Assembly: GCF_009914755.1 (NCBI RefSeq)
Contig: NC_060940.1
Length of the DNA: 64,000 nucleotides
Strand: one strand, 5' to 3'
Source: the human T2T-CHM13v2.0 reference genome, Homo sapiens
The notes beneath the pieces were generated by a model. That model was not told where the DNA came from. It searched no databases and saw only the letters and a program-made list of their open reading frames with translations. Shown here piece by piece: positions 30,032 to 43,474 of this stretch. How positions within the stretch are numbered: the stretch's first letter is position 1; each line of letters starts with the position of its first letter. The position numbers and the translations under genes are program-made.

Positions 30032-31658
30032 CCCCCAGCTATTGTAAAAGTTGTTGAGTTCTGGACGTTTCTCAGCTTGGTTGCTGCTGGTGTATAGGAG
30101 AGCTACTGATTTGTGTACAGTAACTTTGTATCCAGAAACTTTGCTGAATTCTTTTGTTAGTTTGGGAGCTTTTTGGAGGACTCTTTAGGGTTTTCTAGGT
30201 ATACAGTCACATCATCAGCACACAGTGACAGTTTGACTTCCTCTTTATCGATTTGGATGCCCTTTATTTCTTTCTCTTTTCTGATTGCTCTGGCTAGGAA
30301 GAGAAGTGGTAAGAGTGGGCATCCTTGTCTTGTTTCACTTCTCAGAGGAACTGAGGCCACTGCGCCTGGCCTATGTTGGCAATTCTTTAATTGCCATGTC
30401 AATCTCAGTATGTTATTGGTCTTTCAGGGTATCTGCTTCTTCCTGATTTAAATGTTTTCAACTTTTCCCCATTTAGTATTATGTTGGCTGTGGATTTGTC
30501 ATAGATGGCTTTTATTACATTGAGGTATGTCCTTTGTATGCCAATTTTGCTGAACGTTTTAATCATAAAGGGATGCTGGATTTTGTTGAATCCTTTTTCT
30601 GTGTTTATTTAGAGATAATTGTATAATTTTTGTTTTTAATTCTTGTTATGTGGTGTATCACATTTATTGAATTGCATATGTGAAACCACCCCTGTATTTC
30701 TGGTATGAAACCCACTTGATCATGGTGGGTTATCTTTTTGATATGTTGTTGGTTCAGTTAGCTAGTATTTTGTTAAGGACTTTTGCATCTATGTTCATCA
30801 GGGATGTTGGTCTGTAGTTTCCTGTTTTGATTATGTCCTTTGCTGGTTTTTGTATTAGGGTGATACTGGCTTCATAGAATGATTTAGGGAGGATTCCCTC
30901 TTTCTCTATCTTTTGGAATAGAGTCAGGATTGGTACCAATTTTTCTTTGAATGCCTGGTACGATTCAGCTGTGAGTCTGTCTGGTACTGGGCCTTTTTGT
31001 TTTTTTTTTTTTTGGTGTTTTGTTGTTGTTGTTGTTGTTGTTGTTTTGTTTTGTTTTGTTTTTTTGAGACAGAGTCTGGCTGTGTCACCCAGGCTGAAGT
31101 GTAGTGGCACAGTCTTGGCTCAAGCAGTTCTCCTGTCTCAGCCTCCAGAGTAGCTGGGATTACAGGCGTGTGCCACCATTCCTGGCTGATTTTGTATTTT
31201 TAGTAGAGATGTGGTTTCACCATGTTGGCCAGGCTGGTTTGAACTCCTGACCTCTGGTGATCCACCCACCTTGGTCTCTCAAAGTGCTGGGATTACAGGT
31301 GTGAGCCACTGCGCCTGGCCTATGTTGGCAATTTTTTAATTGCCATGTCAATCTCACTGTATGTTATTGGTCTTTCAGGGTATCTACTTCTTCCTGATTT
31401 AAGCTAGGAGGGTTATATCTTTCTGGGAATTTATCCATCTCCTCTAGGTTTTCTAGTTTATATGCATAAAGGTGTTGAATTAGCCTTGAATGATCTTTTA
31501 TATTTCTGTGGTGTCAGTTGTATTATCTCCCATTTTGTTTCTAGTTGAGCTTATTTGTTTTTTTTTTTTTTCTCAGCTTTTCTTGGTTAATCTTGCTAAT
31601 GGTCTATTAATTTTATTAACCTTTTCAAAGACCCAGCTTTTTGTTTCATTTATCTTTT

Positions 31659-31661
31659 TTT

Positions 31662-31696
<35 letters not shown>

Positions 31697-31787
31697 TTTT
31701 AAGTTCTAGGGTACATGTGCACAAGGTACAGGTTTGTTACATAGGTATACATGTGACATGTTGGTTTGCTGCACCCATTAACTCATC
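31659..31787 (-). mobile_element. Very short 5'-truncated L1PA 3'-end insertion
   Basis: Poly-T followed by TTTAAGTTCTAGGGTACATGTGCACAA...; 13-bp TSD TCATTTATCTTTT at 31646-31658 and 31788-31800. Confidence 0.85.
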
Positions 31788-32821
31788 TCATTTATCTTTT
31801 GTATTTTTTTTTTTGTTTCAATTTCATTTAGCTCTGCTCTGATCTTAGTTATATTCTTTCTTGTGCTGTGTTTGGGTTTGGTTTGTTCTTGTTTCTGTAT
31901 TTCCTTGAGGTGTGACCTTAGATTGTCTGTTTGTGCTCTTTCAGACTTTTTGATTTAGGCATTTAGGGCTATGAACTTTCCTCCTAGCCCCGCCTTTGCT
32001 ATATCCCAGAAGTTTTATAGGTTGTATCTCTATTGTCATTCAGTTTGAAGAACTTTTTAATTTCCATCTTGATTTCATTGTTGACCCAGTGATCATTCAG
32101 GAGCAGGTTATTTAATTTCTATGTGTTTGCATGGTTTTGAAGTTTCCTTTTGGAGTTGATTTCCAGTTTTTTTCCACTATGGTCTGAGAGAGTGCTTGAT
32201 ATAATTTCAATTTTATTAAATTTATTGAGGCTTGTTTTGTAGCCTATGATATGATCTACCTTGGAGAAAGTTCCATGTGTAATGAATAGAATGTATATTC
32301 TGCAGTTGTTGGGTAGAATGTTCTGTAAATATCTGTTGAGTCCATTTGTTTCAGGGTATAGTTTAAATCCATTATTTCTTTGTTGACTTTCTGTCTTAAT
32401 GACCTGCCTAGTGCTGTCAGTGGAGTTGAAGTCCCCCACTATTATTGTGTTGCTGTCTATCTCATTTCTTAAGTTTTATCAGTTTGGGAACTCCAGTGTT
32501 AGGTACTTATATATTTAGGATTGTGATATTTTTCTGTTGGATAATGCTTTTTATCATTATATAATGTCCCTCTTTGTCTTTTTTAAGTGCTGTTGCTTTA
32601 AAGTTTGTTTTATCTGATATAAGAATAGCTACTCCTGCTTGCTTTTGATATTCATTTGCATAGAATGTCTTTTTCCACCCCTTTACCTTAAGCTTATGTG
32701 AGCCCTTATGTGTTAGGTGAGTCTCTTCAAGGCAGGAGATAGTTGGTTTGTGAATTCGTATCCATTCTGCAAATTCGTGTCTTTTAAGTGGAGCATTTAG
32801 GCCATTTACATTTAATGTTAA

Positions 32822-33176
32822 TGATATGGTTTGGCTGTGTCCGTACTCAAATCTCAACTTGCATTGTATCTCCCAGAATTTCTATGTGTTGTGGGAGGGA
32901 CCCAGGGGGAGGTAATTGAAACATGGGGACCAGTCTTTCTCATGCTATTCTCGTGATAGTGAATAAGTCTCATGAGATTTGATGGGTTTATCAGGGGTTT
33001 CCGCTTTTGCTGCTTCCTCATTTTTCTCTTGCCACTGCCATGTCAGAAGTGCATTTTGCCTCCCGCCATGGTTCTGAGACATCCCCAGCCATGTGGAACT
33101 GTAAGTCCAATTAAACCTCTTTTTCTTCCCAATCTCAGGTATGTCTTTATCACCAGCATGAAAATGGACTAATACA
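32822..33176 (+). mobile_element. THE1 solo MaLR LTR (THE1A-like)
   Basis: TGATATGGTTTGGCTGTGTCC ... ATGGACTAATACA termini; 5-bp TSD GTTAA/GTTAG. Confidence 0.9.
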
Positions 33177-34226
33177 GTTAGTGTTTAGTTGTGAGGTACT
33201 ATTCTGTTCATCATGCTGTTTGTTGCCTTTATACCTTGGTTTTTTGTTTGTTTGTTTATTGTATTTTTGCTTTATAGGTCCTATGAGATTTATGCTTTAA
33301 AGAGGTTCTGTTTTGATGTGTTTCCGAGATTTGTTTCAAGATTTAGAGCTCCTTATAGCAGTTTTTACAGTGTTAGCTTGGTAGTGATGAATTCACTCAT
33401 CATTTGTTTGTCTGAAAAAGACTGTATGTTTCCTTAATTTATGAAGCTTAGTTTCACTGGATACAAAACTCTTAGCTGATAATTGTTTTGTTAAGCAGGC
33501 TGAAGATAGGGCCCCAAATCCTTCAAGCTAGGAGGGTTTGCCGAGAAATCTGCTGTTTATGTGATAGGTTTTCCTTTATAGATTACCTGATGCTTTTGCC
33601 TTACAGCTCATAAGATAGGTTTTCCTTTATAGATTACCTGGTGCTTTTGCCTTGTAGCTGATAAGATTCTTTCCTTCATCTTAACTTTAGATAATCTGAT
33701 GCCAGTGTGCCTAGGTGATGCTCTTTTTGCAGTGAATTTCCCAGGTGTTCTTTGAGCTTACTGTATTTGGATATCTAGGTTTTTAACAAGGCCCGGGAAG
33801 TTTTCCTTGACTATTCTCCCAAATACGTTTTCTAAACTTTTCGCTTTCTCTTCTTCCTCAGGAATGCTGATTATTCTTAGGTTTGGTTGTTTAACATAAT
33901 CTCAGACTTCTTGGAGGCTTTGTTCATATTTTCTTATTCTTTTTTCTTTGTCTTTGTTGGATTAATTAAAAAACCTTGTCAAGCTCTAAAGTTCTCTTCT
34001 GCTTGGTCAGTTTTGTTGCTGAGACTTTCTAGAGCATTTTGCATTTCTATAAATGTGTCCATTATTTCCTGAAGTTTTGATTGTTTTTTATTTATGCTAT
34101 CTATTTCACTGAAGATTTCTCCCCTTATTTCTTGTATGATTTTTTTGATTTCCTTAAATTAGGCTTCACCTTTCTCTGGTGCCTCCTTGATTAGCTTAAT
34201 AACTGACCGTCTGAATTTTTTTTCAG

Positions 34227-34265
34227 GTAAATCAGGGATTTCTTCTTGGTTTGGATCCACTGCTG
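34227..34265 (+). other. ATF7IP2: Candidate 39-nt 5'-UTR exon exonised from antisense L1
   Basis: Branch-like ACTGAC (~34202), TTTTTTTTCAG acceptor, CTG|GTGAGC donor; no AUG. Confidence 0.65.
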
Positions 34266-34277
34266 GTGAGCTAGTGT

Positions 34278-34280
<3 letters not shown>

Positions 34281-34314
<34 letters not shown>
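34281..34314 (+). repeat. (TG)17 microsatellite followed by G-runs
   Basis: Read directly from the sequence. Confidence 0.97.
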
Positions 34315-34318
<4 letters not shown>

Positions 34319-36139
34319 GGCGGGGGGGGTGGGGGATGTTAAGGAACCTTGTTTTGTCATATTACCAGAGTTGGTTTTCTGGTTCCTTCCCATTTGGGTA
34401 GGCTCTGTCAGAGGAAAGGTTTAGGGATCAAGACTGTTGTTCAGATTCTTTTGTCCCACGGGATGTTCCCTTGATGCAGTACTCTTCCCCTTTTCCTAGG
34501 AATGTGGCTTTCTGAGAGCTGAGCTGTAGTGATTGTTATCTCTCTTTAAAATTAAATACCTAGTAACTAACCGAAGATGTGAAAGATACCTACAATGAAG
34601 ACTGTAAAACACTGATGAAAGAAATTGAAGAGGACACAAAAAAATTAAAAGATACTTCATGTTTGTGGATTAGAAAAATCGATATTGTTAAAATGTTCAT
34701 ACTGCTTAAAGCAGTCTGCAGATTCAGTGCAGTCCCTATCAAAGCATCGATGACATTCTTCACAGAAATAGAGAAAACAATCCTAAAATTAATATGGAAC
34801 CACAGAAGACTGAGAATAGCCAACACTATTCTGAACAAAAGGAAGAAAACTGAAGGAATCACATTACCTTACTTGAAGTTATACTGCAGAGCTATAGTAA
34901 CTAAAACAGCATGGTACTAGCATAAAAACAGACCAAACAGTAGAACAGAATAGATATCCCGGAAACAAATCCATATACCTACAGCGGGTGAACTCATGTT
35001 TGACAAAGATATCAAGAACAAACATTTGCGAGAAGACAGTCTCTTCAATAAATGGTGCTGGGAAAACTGGCTATTCACATACAGAAGAATGAAATTAGAT
35101 CTGTTATCTCTCACTATATATAAAAAGGCAAAATGGATTGCTTAAATCTAAGACCCCAAACTATGAAACTGCTAGAAGAAATCATTGGGGAAACTCTCTA
35201 GGACATTGTTCTGGGCAAAAGAATTTTCATAAGCCTTGGTAATCAAATGAAAAATGGACAAATTGGATCACTTCAAGTTAAGCTTCTGCACAGCAAAGGA
35301 AACAATCTACAAAGTAAAGAGACAAGGCACAGAATGGGAGAAAATATTTGTAAACTACATGTTTGACATGGCATTAATAACCAGAATATAAGAAGCTCAT
35401 ACGACTCTGTAGGAAAGAATCTAATAATCCAATTATACAATGGTAATACCTGAATAGACATTTCTCAAAAGGAGAGATACAAATGGAAAACAGGCATGTG
35501 AATAGCTACCTAATGTCATTGATCATCAACAAAATGCAAATCAAAGCTACAGTGAGATATCACACCTCATTTAAAATAGCTCTTATTCAAAAGACAGGTA
35601 ATATGAAATGCAGGTGAGGATGTGTAGAAAGGGAATCCTTGTACATTGTTGGTGGGGATGTAAATTTGTACAACCAGTATGGAGACCAGTTTGGAGGTTC
35701 CTTAAAAAACTAAAAATAGAGCTACCATGCAATCCAGCGATCCAGCTGCTGAATATATACCCAAATGAAAGGAAATCAGTATATCAAAGGGATATCTGCA
35801 ATTCCATGTTTGTTGCAGCACTGTTCACAATAGCCAAGATTTGGAAGCAACCTAAGTGCTCATCAGCAGATAAATGGATAAAGAAAATGTGGTACATATA
35901 CACAATAGAATACTATTCAGCCATGAAAAAGAATGAGATCTGTCATTTGCAACAATGTGGATGGCTCTAGAGGTCATTATCTTCAGTGAAATAAGCCAGG
36001 CACAGAAAGGCACACTTATGTTCTCACTTATTTGTGGGAGCTAAAAATTAAAACATTTGAATTTGTGGTGAGAATAGAAGGATGGTTACCATAGGCTGGG
36101 AAAGGTATTTTGTGTTGGGGAAGAAGGTGGGGGTGGTTA

Positions 36140-36298
<159 letters not shown>

Positions 36299-38166
36299 TT
36301 AGCCTGGTGTGGTAGTGATGGGCACCTGTAATCCCTGCTACTCAGGAGGCTGAGGCAGCAGAATCACATGAACCCAGTAGGCGGAGGTTGCATTGAGCCA
36401 AGATCACACCACTGCACTCCAGCCTGGGCAACAGAGCAAGACTCTGTCTCAAAAAAAAGTAGTTAGAATGAATTAAGACCTAGTTAACCTAGTATTTAAT
36501 TGCACAACTGGGTGACTATAGTCATCAATAATTTAGTTATACATTTAAAAATAACTAAGACTATAATTGGATTGTTTGTAACACAAAGGATAAATGCTTC
36601 AGGGGATAGATACCCCATTTACCAATGTGATTATTATGCATTGCATTTCTGTATCAAATTATCTTATGTACGCACAGAAGTTACAAATTAAAACTGGAAA
36701 TGAAACCTCATGAAAGTATAAGAATCAGAGGTCATATAAAACAATCACATAAAGGAAGAGAAAGGAATCAAATGGCAACACAGTGTAATTCCATTATACC
36801 ACAAAGACGAGGAAAACAAGGAAAGAATTTATACAACAACTAGGTAATAATCGATAATGTGACAGGATCAAAACCTCTCATATTAATATTAACATGGAAC
36901 CTGAATGGATGAAATGCTCCACTGAAAAGAGAGGTTGATGGAATGGATTTTCAAAACCCATCAACCACGTATATGCTGCTTACCAGAAATGTGTCTTACA
37001 TGGTAAGACACATTTAGACTCAAGTTGAAGGGGTAGAAAAAGATATTCTGTGCAATGGAAACCAAAATTGAGCAGGAGCAGCTAGACATATCTCACATAC
37101 AATTAGCTTTAAATCAAAAGCAGTAAAGAAAGACAAACATGATCATTATTTAATGATAAAGGGATCAATTCAACAAGAGGATATAACAATCCTAAATATG
37201 CATGCACTGAACACTGGGCCACCCAGATTCATTAAATATTACTATAGTTAAAGAAAGAGATAGATAGCTGAACAATAATGGTAGGGAACAACACCACACT
37301 CATACTAGACAGAAATTGATAATCTGGTCCTAAAATTTATATGGAAATTCAAGGGACCCACAATAGCCAAAACAGTCTTCTCCAAGAATAACAAAGTTGG
37401 AGGACTTAACACATCCTGAATTCCAAACTTCTCACAAATGACAGTAATCAAGATAATGTGGTACAGACCTATACACAAATGGAATAGAATCGTGAACCCA
37501 GAAATACACCTTCTCATTTAAAGTCAATTTGTTTTTTATGAGGGTGTCATAAAAAAGGTAAGTAATGGTGTTTTAAAATTGTGCTGGAACAATTGGATGT
37601 CCACGTCGGTCGTGGAGACCCTAACCCAGTGGCACTAGAGGAATTAAAGACACACACACAGAAATATAGAGTGCGGAGTGGGAATCAGGGGGCTGACAGC
37701 CTTCAAAGCTGAAAGCCACAAACAGAGTTTTACCCACATATTCATTGACAGCAAGCCAGTGGTAAGCATTGTTTCTATAGAGTATAGATTAACTAAAATG
37801 GGAAACAAAGGGATGGGCTCTGGCTAGTTATCTGCAGCAGGTATATGTCCTTAAGGCACAGACACTCATGCTATTGTTTGTGGTTCAGGAACGCCTTAAG
37901 CGGTTTTCCACCCCAGGTGGGCCAGGTGTTCCTTGCCCTCATTCTGGTAAACCAACAACCTTCAGCGTGGGCATCATAGCTATCACAAGCATGTCACACT
38001 GCTGCAGAGATTTTGTTTATGGCCAGTTTTGGGGCCTGTTGATGGCCAGATTTGGGGGCCTGTTCCCAACATGTCCCCCTTTTTTGTTTTTGCAAGACGA
38101 TAGAAGCAAAGGCGGCTTTATCACGGTGAGCTACTTCTTGCAGGAGTCAGGATCCACATCTGCAGA

Positions 38167-39405
38167 CTATACAAAGACAACACAGATTAAAAGTGCAATC
38201 ATCATTGAAATCACAGAGCCTCCAAGTGTTTTTATCCATTTTAATGGGTTAATAGCTGCTAATCTGTCTGCAGCTCCTTCAAGCACTCCAGTTCCTGGCA
38301 TTAAGGTCAGGTGTGCCTGGGATGCTTTAAATATTTGTTCTTTTAATTTTGCAATGTCCAACGACAAGTTTGTAGAGTGCCCTTCTGGATGCTTTTTTAT
38401 TCTGTCCCAAATTTTGATCTTATTAAGAGCCGTTAATAGTTTCCACAAATTCTTATGTTTAGCTCCTAGAGCGGGCCATATCATTTGAGGTTGAGGTGCC
38501 ACTATACTGCCGTGTTTCCAGATAATAGGAACTCTTGCCATACTTCTTACCATTTCTACCATCTGACCGTTTTGTTCAGACCAACTGAACATAGTGTGGC
38601 CATGGCACGCAGACTGAGAGGTACAATTCGTGCTAAACATCCCCTTAGGGGACCAATCAATAATGATTCCATGGGAATCGTTGCGCAGCACCTCTGCCTG
38701 TTCTGCAGTGCAATCTTCCCAAACAAGTACATTCATTTTTTCGGGCCAGGTCCAATTCTGTTTACAAACAGGTTTTTGATGGCAGTATGCCTCAATTATA
38801 GGAGCCGATTTATTATGGTAAATAGTGAGACTAGAAAGCATGTGTAACTGTGTCATAGAATGATTACATCCAGGCATTATTGCCAGCCAAGATTGATAGT
38901 GAGGGGGTAGGCAACTGGTGACCTTTCCCAAACAGATAGGTGAATGTTCAAATCCTAAAGAAATATTCCTAACAGTTCCTTCCTCATGTGGGTGAGACGG
39001 GCCTCTATTATCTGTAGGACCGAGCATCCAAGAGCTATCATTAGTGTATACCTCCACTGGGGGGTCCAGCCAAGTTACAGGCCATAGAAGTGGTGGAAAA
39101 GGTAAATATACCCAATAAGTATAATTGTTCTCTGTGTCAGCCCTTGCTAAAGGAATACTCATGGCAATGGTGATCACTGCTATCATAGCTATCATTAAAT
39201 TACTCATTGTGATTGGTTGTTCCGCTTTCCTCAGGTTTTCTTCCGCCGTCTGTGACAGCTTCTTGATCTGTCCCCAGGTAGGTGGCTGCATTCGACAGGT
39301 GTTGCTCGTGACAGTTGGGGTCCTCCTCAGTGTCAGTCTCAACATGGCTGCAACTGGTGTGTGTTTGGAATCCTCCCAAAACCTCTTCCGGAGTATCTGG
39401 CTCAT
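38167..39405 (-). pseudogene. HML-3 env, internally deleted but stop-free over 412 codons
   Basis: HERV-K env motifs PTWGQIKKL, signal-like LMIAMIAVITIAMSIP, NYTYWVYLPFPP, NLSLDIAKLKEQIFKASQAHL and a C-terminal hydrophobic segment. Confidence 0.85.
39235..39277 (+). other. ATF7IP2: Candidate 43-nt 5'-UTR exon exonised from antisense HML-3 env
   Basis: TTCCGCTTTCCTCAG acceptor; CAG|GTAGGT donor; no AUG. Confidence 0.65.
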
Positions 39406-41927
39406 AGTAAGGCTTTAGGTATCTCAGTGGCACCCAAATTGGCTGTTGATTCAGTCCTGGCAAAACACAAGCATAACCTCTACCCCAAATTATTATTTTA
39501 CCTGTTTCCCAATTTTTGTTATTGCATCTCTCCACCAAACCAGTTGTTCTGCTTCTGCCTTTGCAGCTGGTTTCTGTAGATGCTGTTCAGCTGCTGATAG
39601 CATCTGGCCTTTAGGCAGGCTCAAAAAATGTAAAGTCAGTAATGCTAGATTCAGTTGCATATTCATGATGTCCTGTAGTCTCTGTTTCCCTCCTTTTGCT
39701 TTTGCAACGGCTGTTTCGGGGAGAGATTCATTCATTCCACAATGGGTTGTCCTTGAGAATTACATGGGATGCCAGTAATGTGTTTAATATTCCATACAGA
39801 GAAAAATGTAGCTAGAGCTTGGTTAGTATATATAGCCTGGGGCATTGTCCATTTTAATAGATGCTGGAATGCCCATCACCGCAAAACACTGCAAAAGATG
39901 ATGTTTAACACAGGCAGAAGACTGTCCTGATTGGCATGTAGCCCAGACAAAATGAGAAAAGGTATCTACACATACATGAACATAAGCTAGTCTCCCAAAC
40001 GAGGGAACATGGGTGACATCCATTTGCCAAAGAGAATTAGGTTCTAATCTGCGAGGATTAACTCCTCCTATAAAAGATGAGGAATGCACCATTTGGCAAG
40101 TTGGGCATCGCTGGATAATAGCTTTAGCTTCTTTCCAGGTAATGCTATACCTGCGTTTGAGACCAGAGGCATTAACATGGGTTAAATTGTGAAAGTGTCT
40201 GTCTTAGATACTGCAGTAGCAACTAGGTGATCAGCCATTTGATTCCCTGCAGTCCAAGGTCCTGGAAGAGGTGTGTGAGTCCTAATGTAAATGATGTAAA
40301 AGGGTGCATTCTACTCCTAACTGCTGTTTGCAATTGGGAAAATAATCAGTTGTTCATCTGTGTGAAATCGTAACTGAGCATTTTCAATTAATTGTGTGGA
40401 ATGAACCACCTATGAAGAATCAGAAATCACATTAATAGGCATATCGAAGGCAGTCAATACCTCAATTACAGCTACAAGCTCTGCTTTTTGAGCTGAAGTA
40501 TAGGGCATCTGAAATACTTTACCTTTCAAGCCAGAATAAGAAGCTTTACCATTACTAGACCCACCTGTGAAGACATTTTCAGCACCTTCAGTTGGTTAAA
40601 ATTTAGTTATTTTAGGGAGAATCCAATTAGTTAATTTCAAAAATTGAAACAGTTTTGTTTTAGGAAAATGGTTATTGAGAATATCCACAAAGTCAGCTAA
40701 ATGAGTTTGCCAAGTAAGACTATTTATAAAAGCTTGCTGTATTTGTGCCTTTGTGAGAGGGACAATTTTTCCAGGATCATATCCGTGTAATTTAACAATC
40801 TGAGTTCTCTGATTTCCTATCACAGTAGCAATTTGATCTAAATAAGGAGTTAGAGTCCGTGAATTAGTATGTGGAAGAAAAGCCACTGTACAAGATCTTG
40901 CTCTTGAACAATAACACCAGTAGGTGAATCTGAGTTGAAAAAAATTAGAAATCTAGAGTCTTCTCTGGATCTTTTCTACTTATTTGAGCCTTATGCACTT
41001 GCTTCTCAATTAGCTGGAACTCTACCTCCACCTCCTTTGTTAATTGCTGAGGGCTATTGCGACTAGGATCTCCTCTAAGGATAGAAAATAGATCACTCGT
41101 GGCATAGGTAGGAATGCCTACAGCAGGTTGTATCCAATTTATGTCCCCTAGTAATTTTTGAAAGTCACTTAATGTTTTCAATTGATCCCTACGTATGGTT
41201 GCTTTCTGTGGCACAATGGTAGTATCATTTACTAAGGTCCCCAAGTAGGAGTAAGGAGTAGTAGTCTGAATTTTGTCAGGAGCTATGATTAAACCAGCAC
41301 AAGAAATCAAAATTTGCAAGTGATCATAAGATTGGAGTAATAATTCTCTAGTGGGGCAGCACAAAGTATATCATCCATATGATGAATAATGTAACACTGT
41401 GGACATTTTTTACGAGTAGATTCAATTGCTTGCCCTACATACGTCTGGCAAATTGTTGGACTGTTTAGCATGCCTTGTGGCAACACTTTCCAGTGAAAAT
41501 GCTTAGCAGGCTGCAGGTTGTTTACCGCAGGAATTGTAAATACAAGCCATTCACAGTCTTGCTCAGCTAAGGGGTTAGTAAAGAAACAGTCTTTTAAATC
41601 TATGACTATTAAAGGCCAATTTTTCAGAATCATAGCAGGAGAAGGCAGTCCTGGCTGTAATGCCCCCATAGGTTGTATAACTGAATTAATGGCCCTTAAG
41701 TCAGTTAACATTATCCATTTACCTGATTTTGTCTTAATTACGAAAACTGGAGAATTCCAAGGGGAAAATGTTGGAGCTATGTGTCCTTTTTCTAATTGTT
41801 CAGTAACTAAGTCCTCTAAAGCCTCCAGTTTCTCTTTGCTCAGCAGCCATTGTTCTATCCAAATTGGCTTATCTGTTAACCATTTTAAAGGTATAGGTTC
41901 TGGAGGCTTAACAATGGCCACCATCAA
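39400..41927 (-). pseudogene. HML-3 pol (RT, RNase H, integrase), frameshifted
   Basis: [11 protein letters not shown] and HMDD (YMDD variant) in 41307-41927; integrase WQMDVTH...VCVDTFS in 39823-40092; several frame breaks. Confidence 0.9.
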
Positions 41928-41929
41928 AA

Positions 41930-43474
<1,545 letters not shown>

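Noticed and set aside
37868-38488. 206-aa + strand ORF and other + strand ORFs over the provirus (41518-42006, 43022-43588)
   Set aside because: Antisense shadows of HML-3 LTR/env/pol/gag with no independent coding signal.
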